A program made the translations under genes and the position numbers. Positions 50,126 through 58,883 of a stretch of DNA of 64,000 bases are shown piece by piece. Source of the DNA: Halorussus marinus. Lineage in GTDB: Archaea; Halobacteriota; Halobacteria; Halobacteriales; Haladaptataceae. Within the stretch, counting starts at the first letter, position 1, and each line of letters begins with the position of its first letter. The stretch spans positions 124,001 to 188,000 of the forward strand of contig NZ_SBIV01000008.1 in assembly GCF_004765795.1 (NCBI RefSeq), given 5' to 3'. The notes below the pieces were generated by a model. That model was not told the DNA's origin, did not search any database, and saw only the letters and a list, made by a program, of their open reading frames with translations.

Positions 50126-50173
50126 ATGGGCACCGTGGGTGCGCCAACCGAGGTGAAGGGCCGGCGCGGCTGA
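50126..50173 (+). other. 15-codon leaderless upstream ORF (MGTVGAPTEVKGRRG*)
   Basis: ATG about 24 nt after TATA-like TTCAAAA (50096-50102); contains GAGGTGA; stop TGA 50171-50173. Confidence 0.45.
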
Positions 50174-50183
50174 GGTCGTCGGC

Positions 50184-50540
50184 GTGGACGTGAGCGGCCG
50201 CCACGAGGAGGACGGCGAGTACCTCATGGTGGCCGCGGCCGTCCACGCGGTCGTCGGCGCTACCGCTCCGCGGAGCGTCGAGGGGATGGGCTTTGCCACC
50301 GACCGCAGTCCGCCGACCTTCGAGAACGTCGCCCGACTCGTCGCCGACGCGGTCGCCGACCTCCCCGCGCCGCCCGACGGCCCCGTGGTCGCCGAGCGCG
50401 GCGAGTTCTACGAGGAGCCCGAGTGGGAGGTCGCGCCGTTTTTCGACACGGAGTTCAAGTACGTCGAAAGCATAGCTCAACGCGAGACAGTGCAGGCCGC
50501 ACACCACGCCGCGTACGCCGCCCGAAAACTGCTCTTATGA
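50184..50540 (+). CDS. DUF2209-like protein (start uncertain; frame is open from 50157)
   Basis: DVSGRH...YLMV, E.GEF, ES..ER..V..AHH.A motifs; stop overlaps hflX ATG (ATGA). Confidence 0.7.
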   Translation: MDVSGRHEEDGEYLMVAAAVHAVVGATAPRSVEGMGFATDRSPPTFENVARLVADAVADLPAPPDGPVVAERGEFYEEPEWEVAPFFDTEFKYVESIAQRETVQAAHHAAYAARKLLL

Positions 50541-51832
50541 AAGCGATAATCGCAAAGCGAGTCGACTCAGGCACGCCAGACACCGAGGAGATCCGCGACC
50601 TGACCCGCGCCGCGGGCTACGACGTGGTCGCGGAGTTCACCCAGACGCGCACCGAGGACGCCGCGCTCCAGATCGGCGAGGGGAAAGCCGAGGAGCTGGC
50701 GGCGGCCGTCGCCGACACCGGCGCGGAGGTCGTGGTCTTCGACAACGAGCTCGGGCCGTACCAGACGTACAATCTGGGCCAGAAGCTCCCCGATGGCGTC
50801 AAGGTGATCGACCGGTTCCGGCTCATCCTCGAGATCTTCGGCCAGCGCGCACAGACCCGGAAGGCCCAGCTCCAAGTCGAGCTCGCCGAGCTCCGGTACG
50901 AACTGCCGCGTGCGGAGGCCAAGACCAGCCTCGCCAAGCGCGACGAGCGCCCGGGGTTCATGGGACTGGGCGAGTACGACGAGAGCCGCGAGCAGGACAT
51001 CAAAGACCAGATCTCCCGGATCAACGACGAGCTAGACTCCATCGCCCGGACCGAGGCCGACCGCCGCGACCGGCGCCGCGAGTCGGGGTTCGATCTGGTG
51101 GCGATGGCGGGCTACACCAACGCCGGCAAGTCGACGCTGATGCAGAGCCTCGCGGCCGACATCGAACTGGGCGAGAACGACGACCTCCACCCCGACCTCG
51201 ACACCACCGCCGAGGCACAGGACCGGCTGTTCACGACGCTCGGCACCACCACCCGGAAGATGGACATGGACCGCCGGGACGTGCTGTTGACCGACACGGT
51301 CGGGTTCATCAGCGACCTGCCCCACTGGCTGGTCGAGTCGTTCAAGTCCACCCTCGATGCGGTGTACTACGCCGATCTGGTGTTGCTCGTCGTCGACGTG
51401 AGCGAGCCGATCGACGAGATCCGCGAGAAGCTGGTCACCTGCCACGACACCCTCTACGAGCGCAACGAGGCGCCGATCGTCACGGTACTCAACAAGATCG
51501 ACGCGGTGAGCGACGCGGAGCTCGAAGAGAAACGCGAGGCCCTCTCGGCGCTCGCGCCCGATCCGATCGCAGTCTCGGGCAGAGAACAGCTCAACCTCGA
51601 CGACCTTCGGGCCCGGATCGACGCCGAGCTCCCCGACTGGCGGCGCGAGCGGCTGGTCCTCCCGATGACCGACGACACCATGAGCGCGGTGTCGTGGATC
51701 CACGACCACGCGCGGGTCGACGACGTGACCTACGCCGACGACGAAGTGGTCGTCGACTTCGAGGCCCGGCCCTCGGTCGTCGAACGGGCGCGGGCGAAGG
51801 CCGGCGATCTGGCGTCCGCGCCCTCGGCGTGA
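50537..51832 (+). CDS. hflX: GTPase HflX
   Basis: DRFRLILEIFGQRA, LQVELAEL, GYTNAGKSTL, LFTTL, DTVGFI, NKID. Confidence 0.96.
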   Translation: MKAIIAKRVDSGTPDTEEIRDLTRAAGYDVVAEFTQTRTEDAALQIGEGKAEELAAAVADTGAEVVVFDNELGPYQTYNLGQKLPDGVKVIDRFRLILEIFGQRAQTRKAQLQVELAELRYELPRAEAKTSLAKRDERPGFMGLGEYDESREQDIKDQISRINDELDSIARTEADRRDRRRESGFDLVAMAGYTNAGKSTLMQSLAADIELGENDDLHPDLDTTAEAQDRLFTTLGTTTRKMDMDRRDVLLTDTVGFISDLPHWLVESFKSTLDAVYYADLVLLVVDVSEPIDEIREKLVTCHDTLYERNEAPIVTVLNKIDAVSDAELEEKREALSALAPDPIAVSGREQLNLDDLRARIDAELPDWRRERLVLPMTDDTMSAVSWIHDHARVDDVTYADDEVVVDFEARPSVVERARAKAGDLASAPSA

Positions 51833-51919
51833 GCGGCGCTCTCGGCCCGGTTTTTCTCGCCCGGCGCGACCCCATAACTGACAAACACCTATAATTAGCG
51901 GTTCGGTGTACCCCGGGCC

Positions 51920-52846
51920 ATGGCGGCTATCGAAACGACGGGGTTGACCAAGCGGTTCGGCGACGTACGGGCGGTCGAGGAGCTCGATCTGACCGTCGAG
52001 TCCGGGGAGGTGTTTGGCTTTCTCGGCCCGAACGGCGCGGGCAAGTCGACGACGATCGACATACTGCTCGATTTCGTCCGGCCGACGGCGGGCACCGCGG
52101 AGGTGCTCGGCTACGACGCCCAGCGGTCGCCGACCGAGATCCACCAGCGCGTCGGGATCCTGCCGGAGGGCTACGGGCTCTACGACCGGCTCTCGGGCCG
52201 GAAGCACGTCGAGTTCATGATCGAGTCGAAGGAGGTCGACGACGATCCCGGCCGGCTCCTCGATCTGGTCGGGCTCGACGCCGAGGACGCCGAGCGAGCC
52301 GTCGGCGGTTACTCGAAGGGGATGGCCCAGCGGCTCGTGCTCGGGATGGCGCTTGTCGGCGACCCCGACCTGCTGATCCTCGACGAGCCCTCGACCGGTC
52401 TCGACCCCAACGGCGCCCGGGAGGTCCGCCGGATCGTCCGGGACCTCGCCGACGGCGGGACGACGGTGTTTTTCTCGAGTCACGTCCTCGGGCAGGTCGA
52501 GGCGGTGTGTGACCGCGTCGGCATCATGCGCGAGGGGCGGCTTGTCGCGGTCGACACCATCGACGGGCTCAGAGACTCCATCGGGAGCGGCGCGACAATC
52601 GAACTGGAAGTCGATCGAGTTCCCGACGGCGTCGAGTCGCTGTCGATCGACGGCGTCAGCGACCTGACCGCGGCGGACGGGACGATCCGGGCGACCTGCC
52701 TCGACCCGAGCGCGAAGCTGGCCGTGATCGATCGGGTCCGCGAGGAGGGCGCCGCGATCCGGGACATCACGACCCGCGAGTCGTCGCTCGAAGACCTCTT
52801 TACGGCCTACACGGTCGACCGCCAAACGGAGGGGGTTCGGGCGTGA
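51920..52846 (+). CDS. ABC-2 transporter ATP-binding protein
   Basis: GPNGAGKST, YSKGMAQR, LILDEPSTGLDP. Confidence 0.94.
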   Translation: MAAIETTGLTKRFGDVRAVEELDLTVESGEVFGFLGPNGAGKSTTIDILLDFVRPTAGTAEVLGYDAQRSPTEIHQRVGILPEGYGLYDRLSGRKHVEFMIESKEVDDDPGRLLDLVGLDAEDAERAVGGYSKGMAQRLVLGMALVGDPDLLILDEPSTGLDPNGAREVRRIVRDLADGGTTVFFSSHVLGQVEAVCDRVGIMREGRLVAVDTIDGLRDSIGSGATIELEVDRVPDGVESLSIDGVSDLTAADGTIRATCLDPSAKLAVIDRVREEGAAIRDITTRESSLEDLFTAYTVDRQTEGVRA

Positions 52847-53706
52847 GCTGGCGCGTCGTCGCCCGGAAGGACTTCGCGGACGCGGTCCGGTCGCGGATGC
52901 TGTGGGGCATCGTCGGGCTGTTCGCGCTCCTGATGGGGGTCTCGGCGCTCGTCCCGAGCCTCCTCGATATCGGGGGAGCGACCCTCGGTTACAATTTCGC
53001 GGCGGACCTCGCCCAGACGCTGGTGCCGGTGACCGCGCTCGTCGCGGCCTACCTCGCTATCGCGGGCGAGCGCGAGTCGGGCAGTATCAAGCTCCTGCTC
53101 GGGGCGCCCCACTCGCGGTTGGACGTGACCGTCGGGAAATTCGTCGGGCGCGCGGGCGTCGTTCTGGTCGGCGTGCTCGCCGGGTTCGTCGTCGCGGGGC
53201 TGGTCGCGGTGGTCGCTTACGGCGAGCTCGCGATCGGCGAGTTCGTCTCGGTGACGGTGCTGACCGCGGCGCTCGGGGTGACGTTCGTCGGCATCGCGGT
53301 CGGCATCTCGGCCGCGACCAGCACCCGCTCGCGGGCGATGGCGCTGGCTATCGGGGTGTTCTTCGTGTTCGCGCTCCTGTGGGATCTGGTCCCGTTCGCG
53401 CTCACCTACCTCCGGACCGGCGGGCTGGATCTCGGCGGAACGGTGCCGGCCTGGCAGGTGCTCGTCGAGCAGTCGAACCCCTCGCGGGCGTTCAGCCAGC
53501 TCGTGGACGCCGCACTCGGCTCGGGCGCCGAGATGACCGCGGGCGGTGGCGGGGGCGGCGAGGGCGCCGCCAACCCCTTCCAGAGCCGGATAGCCGGAGC
53601 AGAGCCGTTCTACCTGAAAGACTGGTTCATGCTCGTCATCCTCGGGGCGTGGACCGTCCTGCCCGTGATCGCGGGCCACCTCCGATTCCGGAGCGCCGAC
53701 CTATAG
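52843..53706 (+). CDS. ABC-2 transporter permease (NosY-like)
   Basis: ARKDFADAVRS, IAGERESGSIKLLL..PHSR..V.VGKF. Confidence 0.9.
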   Translation: MSWRVVARKDFADAVRSRMLWGIVGLFALLMGVSALVPSLLDIGGATLGYNFAADLAQTLVPVTALVAAYLAIAGERESGSIKLLLGAPHSRLDVTVGKFVGRAGVVLVGVLAGFVVAGLVAVVAYGELAIGEFVSVTVLTAALGVTFVGIAVGISAATSTRSRAMALAIGVFFVFALLWDLVPFALTYLRTGGLDLGGTVPAWQVLVEQSNPSRAFSQLVDAALGSGAEMTAGGGGGGEGAANPFQSRIAGAEPFYLKDWFMLVILGAWTVLPVIAGHLRFRSADL

Positions 53707-54183
53707 CTCGCGTTTCTGCTTGTCGAGGACCCGGACGCGGTCGATCGCGGTGTCGGGGTACTGGCCGTCGGCGTCCTTCTCGGCGGCCTTCACCATGTCC
53801 CAGACCACGTTCAGCCCGGTCGTGACCCCTTCTAAGGCCTCCATCTCACAGCCGGTCTTGCCGGTCGTCTCGACCGCGACCTCCAGAGTCACCCGATCGT
53901 CGTCGAGTTCGAAGTCGGTCTCGACGTTCGTGATCGGGATCTGGTGGCACATCGGGATCGTCTCCCAAGTGTGTTTGACCGCCTGCACCGCCCCGACCCG
54001 GGCGGTCGCGAGCACGTCGCCCTTGCTCACTTCGTCGTCGCGGATGGCCGCGATCGTCTCGGGCCGGAGGGTGAGTTCGCCCGCCGCGACCGCCCGCCGG
54101 GCGGTGTCTGGCTTGTCGCCCACGTCGACCATCTGGACGTCGCCGTCGGCGTCGGTGTGGGTCAGGTCGTCGGAGTCACTCAT
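53701..54183 (-). CDS. moaC: cyclic pyranopterin monophosphate synthase
   Basis: LTH...MVDVGDK, KGDVLATAR, IPMCHQI, GCEMEAL, WDMVKA. Confidence 0.95.
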   Translation of the reverse strand: MSDSDDLTHTDADGDVQMVDVGDKPDTARRAVAAGELTLRPETIAAIRDDEVSKGDVLATARVGAVQAVKHTWETIPMCHQIPITNVETDFELDDDRVTLEVAVETTGKTGCEMEALEGVTTGLNVVWDMVKAAEKDADGQYPDTAIDRVRVLDKQKREL

Positions 54184-55672
54184 CGCGATCACCCCACACG
54201 GCGCGGGGCAGGGCATCCAGCAGGTCCGAGGCGACCAGTCCGCCGCGGCGGTCGTCGAGCAGTTCGGCCGCCCGGCCGTTCGCGTAGGTCCCCATGCAGG
54301 CGGCCGCGAACGCGTCGTGGCCGGCGAGCAGGCCGGCGATCGCGCCCGCGAGGGTGTCGCCGGTGCCGCCGACGGTCATGCCGGAGGTGCCGGCTCGCGA
54401 GACGCGGGTCCGCTCGCCGTCCTCAGAACTCTGGGAGTTCTGATGGGCTCGGAAATCGTCCGCCGATTTCCGACCGTCGGCCACGACGTCCTCGCGGGCC
54501 TTCGCGACCACGACGTGGCCGAGGTCGGCCGCGAAGTCCGCGATCTCGTCGGCGCGCTCGCCCAGTTCGTCGGCGCCCTCGATCTCGGGGCCGCCCATCT
54601 CCGCGAGTTCTTTGCGGTTCGGGGTGCAGACCAGCTCGGCGTCGGTCTCGACTGCGGGCACCACCGACACTGCGTCGGCGTCGACGACCGCCCTCCCGGA
54701 GAACGATTCGAGGAAGCGCTCGGCGGCCTCGACGGTCTCGTCGGCGGTCCCGAGGCCGGGCCCGAGCACCACGACGTCGTCGTACGCCTCGGCGGTCTCG
54801 ACGAGGGCGTCGACCTGATCGGGCGCGAGTCGCTCGCCGTCGTACGACTGGACGATGAGGTCCTCGGCGAACCCCTGAATCCCGTCGGCGACCGTCTCGG
54901 GCGCGGCGACGAACGAGAGGTCCGCGCCCGCCCGGAGGGCGGCCTGCGCGGCGAGCGCCGGCGCTCCGGTGTAGGGGCCGCCGCCAACGACGAAGACCCG
55001 GGCGTCGTCGGCCGGGGGACCGCGACGGACCGGTCGCATGTCGCCGGGCCCGAGGTATCGTTCGGCGGCCGCTGGGATGCCGATGTCCGCGACCGTCACC
55101 GCGGCCTCGAGCGCGTCGAGGCCGGGCTTTTGGTCGTGGAAGGTCACGACGCGGTCGGCCGCGACCGCGGCGCCCGGGGCCACACCCGTGTCGGCGTCGA
55201 CGCCCGACGGGACGTCGACCGCGACGACGGTCGCCTCGGCGTCGTTGATCGCTCGGGCGGCGGTGGCCTCGGGGTCCCGAAGCGCGCCGGTCACCCCGGT
55301 CCCGAGCATCGCGTCGACGACCACGTCGGCGTCCGGGAGGTCGACGTCACGGGAATCGCCGACCGCCTCGCGGTCGATCCCCGCCCGCCCGAGCGCGTCC
55401 CAGTTCTCGCGGGCGATGTCGGTCGCGATCGTCTCGGCCCTCCCGAGGAGGTGGACCGACACGTCGTACGCCGAGAGAAACCGGGCGGCGACGAAGGCGT
55501 CACCGCCGTTGTTACCCCGCCCGGCGACGACCGCGACGCGGGCGCCCGGATCCGCGACCGCTCGGACTTCGCGGGCGACGGCGTTGCCGCTCGACTCCAT
55601 CAACTGCTTGCGCGGGATTCCGAGTGCGGCCGCGTTCTCGTCGACCTGCGCCATTCGCTCGGCGGAAATCAT
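54176..55672 (-). CDS. nnr: bifunctional NAD(P)H-hydrate epimerase/dehydratase
   Basis: LMESSG, GRGNNGGD, DAMLGTG, VDVPSG, GPGLG, VVDADA, MTVGGTGDTLAG; carries a 19-aa insertion. Confidence 0.94.
   Translation of the reverse strand: MISAERMAQVDENAAALGIPRKQLMESSGNAVAREVRAVADPGARVAVVAGRGNNGGDAFVAARFLSAYDVSVHLLGRAETIATDIARENWDALGRAGIDREAVGDSRDVDLPDADVVVDAMLGTGVTGALRDPEATAARAINDAEATVVAVDVPSGVDADTGVAPGAAVAADRVVTFHDQKPGLDALEAAVTVADIGIPAAAERYLGPGDMRPVRRGPPADDARVFVVGGGPYTGAPALAAQAALRAGADLSFVAAPETVADGIQGFAEDLIVQSYDGERLAPDQVDALVETAEAYDDVVVLGPGLGTADETVEAAERFLESFSGRAVVDADAVSVVPAVETDAELVCTPNRKELAEMGGPEIEGADELGERADEIADFAADLGHVVVAKAREDVVADGRKSADDFRAHQNSQSSEDGERTRVSRAGTSGMTVGGTGDTLAGAIAGLLAGHDAFAAACMGTYANGRAAELLDDRRGGLVASDLLDALPRAVWGDRDE
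54417..54478. mobile_element. 57-bp double-hairpin palindromic insertion flanked by 5-bp direct repeats (CCGTC), in frame within nnr
   Basis: Hairpins TCAGAACTC-TGG-GAGTTCTGA (54423-54443) and TCGGAAATCG-TCCGC-CGATTTCCGA (54449-54473); CCGTC at 54417-54421 and 54474-54478. Confidence 0.75.
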
Positions 55673-55765
55673 ACCCGGGCGTTGGCCTGCGAGCGCGTTA
55701 AATGCTGTCGTCGACGGATCGCCGCGAGGACACGTTTTATCGGGGCGGCCCGCAATTGAGAGAGT

Positions 55766-56668
55766 ATGTCACCCGAGACGGTCGGCTTCGTCGGCCTCGG
55801 ACTCATGGGCGAACCGATGGCGAAAAACCTCCTCGACGCGGGCTACCTCGTGGTGGGCCACAACCGCTCGCAGGAGCCGGTCGAGGCGATCGTCGAGTAC
55901 GGCGGGGAAGGCGCCGACACCGCGAGCGAGGCCGCCTCGCGGTCGGACGTGGTGATCACCTGCCTGCCGGACTCGGCGGTCGTCGCCGAGGTGATGCGCG
56001 CCGACGACGGTATCATCGCGGGGCTCGACGGCGGCGAGACGGTGATCGACATGTCGACCATCTCGCCGACCGTGACCGAGGAGCTCGCCGAGGAGCTCGC
56101 GGCGATCGACGTCGAGATGCTCGACGCGCCGATCAGCGGCGGCGAGGAGGGCGCGATCGACGGGACGCTCTCGATCATGGTCGGCGGCGACGAGGCGGTG
56201 GTAGACGACCACCGCGACCTGCTTTCGGCGATGGGCGAGACCATCACCCACTGCGGGCCCGCCGGCTCGGGGCAGGTCACGAAGGCGTGCAACCAGATCG
56301 TCGTGGCCAACACGATGGAGGCGATCAGCGAGGCGCTGGTGTTCGCCGAGAAGGCGGGCGCGGACCTGCAGGCGGTAGTCGACGCGATCAGCGGCGGCGC
56401 CGCGGGCTGTTGGGCGCTCGACAACCGCGCGCCGTCGATGATCCGGGGCGACTTCGAGCCGGGCTTTTTCGCGAGCTACCAGTACAAGGACCTCCGGATC
56501 GCGACCGACGCGGGCGAGGCGTTCGGCGCGCCGATGCCGGCGACCGAGGTCACCCACGAGATGTACAAGTCGATGGAGGAAAACGGGATGGGCCTCGACG
56601 ACAACTCCGGGGTCATGCAGGTGGTCGAGATGCTCGCGGGAACCGAGGCCCGGGTCGACGAGGAGTGA
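55766..56668 (+). CDS. beta-hydroxyacid dehydrogenase (2-hydroxy-3-oxopropionate reductase-like)
   Basis: GFVGLGLMG, DAPISGG, GTLSIMVGG, KACNQ, F.PGF....YKDL. Confidence 0.9.
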   Translation: MSPETVGFVGLGLMGEPMAKNLLDAGYLVVGHNRSQEPVEAIVEYGGEGADTASEAASRSDVVITCLPDSAVVAEVMRADDGIIAGLDGGETVIDMSTISPTVTEELAEELAAIDVEMLDAPISGGEEGAIDGTLSIMVGGDEAVVDDHRDLLSAMGETITHCGPAGSGQVTKACNQIVVANTMEAISEALVFAEKAGADLQAVVDAISGGAAGCWALDNRAPSMIRGDFEPGFFASYQYKDLRIATDAGEAFGAPMPATEVTHEMYKSMEENGMGLDDNSGVMQVVEMLAGTEARVDEE

Positions 56669-56712
56669 CACCGGCGGCGTCGGGGCGACCGCTCGTCGGC
56701 GTCGGGGCGACG

Positions 56713-56994
56713 CTACCGGCGGATCCGGAACCCGTCCTCGCCCTCGGGGTCGGCGTACTCAACCGCGACGTCCCCGACCTCGGCGGCCGGACTGCCGGTG
56801 TGACACCACTCGACCATCGACTCGACGGCCGCCACGGGCCCCTCGAAGACGGCCTCAACCCGACCGTCGGCGAGGTTGCGGACCCAGCCGTCGACGCCCT
56901 TCTCGCGGGCCGCGTCCCGGGTGTTCGCCCGGTAGTAGACGCCCTGTACCGTGCCGGAGACGAAGACGTGTGCGCGGGTTCGGTCCTCGGACAT
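56713..56994 (-). CDS. acyP: acylphosphatase
   Basis: ATG 56994; VSGTVQGVYYR, GWVRNLADGRVE, GSPAA. Confidence 0.93.
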   Translation of the reverse strand: MSEDRTRAHVFVSGTVQGVYYRANTRDAAREKGVDGWVRNLADGRVEAVFEGPVAAVESMVEWCHTGSPAAEVGDVAVEYADPEGEDGFRIRR

Positions 56995-57076
56995 AGTCGG
57001 TCGGGAGTTCGTCCGGGAGGGGTAAAGTCGGTCGGGGTTCGAAGAGTAGTTAGGCGCCCACGCCGACGTCCCGACC

Positions 57077-58594
57077 ATGAAAGCCGCGCTCATCGTGCTG
57101 GACGGGTGGGGGCTCGGACCCGAGGACGGGAGACGGAACGCGGTCGAGGCCGCCGACACGCCGAACTTCGATCGGTTCGTCGCGACCGGCGCCGACGGCA
57201 CCCTCACCGTGTCCGGACGGCGGGTCGGCCTCCCGGAGGGACAGATGGGCAACAGCGAGGTCGGCCACCTCAACATCGGGGCGGGCCGGGTCGTCAAACA
57301 GGAGTACACCCGGATCACCGACGCGATCGAGGCGGGTGAACTGGGCGACAACGACGCGATCGCCCGGGCGTTCGACTACGCGACCGACAACGACGGCCGG
57401 GTCCACTTCGTGGGGTTGGTGAGCGACGGCGGGGTCCACTCCGATCAGGACCACCTCCACGCGCTGATCGCGCTCGCGGCCGACCGGGGCGTCGACGCCG
57501 TCACCCACGCGTTCACCGACGGTCGGGACACCCCGCCCGAGAGCGGCGCGGGGTTCCTCGGTGACCTCCGAGACGTGATCGACCGCGAGGGGACCGGCGA
57601 GGTGGCGACCGTCTCGGGACGCTACTACGCGATGGACCGCGATCAGAACTGGGATCGCACCCGGCGGGCGTACGACGCCATCGTGAACCGGGAGGCCGAC
57701 CACACCGCCGAGTCGGGGGTCGGCGCCGTCGAGGAGAGCTACGACCGGGGCGAGACCGACGAGTTCGTCGAGCCGACGCTGATCGAGGGCGGCCCCGCCC
57801 TCTCGGACGGGGACGCGGCGCTCTTTTTCAACTTCCGGGCCGACCGCGCGCGCCAGCTCACCCGGATGCTCGCGGACATCGAGCCGGCGTGGCCGTTCGA
57901 GACCGACCCGCCCGAGATCGAACTGGCGACGATGACCCAGTACGACGCGGCGTTCGACCTGCCGGTCGCGTTCCCGCCCCACCGCCCCGAGGACGTGCTC
58001 GGCGAGGTGCTCGCCGAGGCGGGGCTCACCCAGTTGCGGATCGCCGAGTCCGAGAAGTACGCCCACGTCACCTACTTCCTGAACGGCGGCCGAGAAGTCG
58101 AGTTCCCGGGCGAGCGCCGCGAGATCGTCCCCTCGCCGGACGTGGCGACCTACGACCGCCGGCCCGAGATGAGCGCGCCCGAGGTCACAGACACCGCGAT
58201 CGCGTCAATCGAGGAAGACGACCCCGACGTGTTGGTGCTCAACTACGCGAACCCCGACATGGTGGGCCACACCGGCGACTTCGACGCCGCGGTCGCGGCG
58301 GTCGCGGCGGTCGACGAACAGCTCGGCCGGCTCGTCGCCGCGGTCGAATCGGCGGGCGGCCACGTCCTGGTGACCGCCGACCACGGCAACGCCGACGACA
58401 TGGGGACGCCCGAGGACCCCCACACCGCCCACACGCGCAACCCGGTGCCGTTCGTCTACCGGTCGCCGGCCGGCGACGACGCCGGGCGACTCGTCCGGGA
58501 GGGCGGGTCGCTCTGTGACGTCGCGCCGACGCTACTCGAACTCGTCGGCGTCGACCGGCCGGCCGCGATGACCGGCCGGTCGCTGTTGGAGTAG
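57077..58594 (+). CDS. gpmI: 2,3-bisphosphoglycerate-independent phosphoglycerate mutase
   Basis: LDGWG, GQMGNSEVGH, GRYYAMDRD, NFRADRAR, ESEKYAHVT, NPDMVGHTG, TADHGN. Confidence 0.96.
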   Translation: MKAALIVLDGWGLGPEDGRRNAVEAADTPNFDRFVATGADGTLTVSGRRVGLPEGQMGNSEVGHLNIGAGRVVKQEYTRITDAIEAGELGDNDAIARAFDYATDNDGRVHFVGLVSDGGVHSDQDHLHALIALAADRGVDAVTHAFTDGRDTPPESGAGFLGDLRDVIDREGTGEVATVSGRYYAMDRDQNWDRTRRAYDAIVNREADHTAESGVGAVEESYDRGETDEFVEPTLIEGGPALSDGDAALFFNFRADRARQLTRMLADIEPAWPFETDPPEIELATMTQYDAAFDLPVAFPPHRPEDVLGEVLAEAGLTQLRIAESEKYAHVTYFLNGGREVEFPGERREIVPSPDVATYDRRPEMSAPEVTDTAIASIEEDDPDVLVLNYANPDMVGHTGDFDAAVAAVAAVDEQLGRLVAAVESAGGHVLVTADHGNADDMGTPEDPHTAHTRNPVPFVYRSPAGDDAGRLVREGGSLCDVAPTLLELVGVDRPAAMTGRSLLE

Positions 58595-58657
58595 CCGTCG
58601 TCGACGTCGCCTCCGGAAGTGGAAGCCGTTTAGTGGCCCGGCCGTCTCGACCGTGAT

Positions 58658-58816
58658 ATGATCTCACCGTTGCACGTCGGGGTCGAACATCCGAACCTGC
58701 TCTGGGTCGGCGCGGCCGGGCTCGTCGCGTTCGTCGCGGGGCTCGCGGTCAACCTCTATCGGTCGACCCGAGACGCCGCCCCGACCGAGTCGCCAGCGCC
58801 CGACGACGCGGAGTAG
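58658..58816 (+). CDS. small single-TM membrane protein (52 aa)
   Basis: MISPLHVGVEHPNLLWVGAAGLVAFVAGLAVNLYRSTRDAAPTESPAPDDAE; TTTAG box about 25 nt upstream; below the ORF-track size cutoff. Confidence 0.7.
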   Translation: MISPLHVGVEHPNLLWVGAAGLVAFVAGLAVNLYRSTRDAAPTESPAPDDAE

Positions 58817-58883
58817 CCGACAGGGCCGACCGCCCCAGCTCTCGGCCGTGTTCGCCGCGGGTCCCAGTCGCCCCGTTCGGTCG

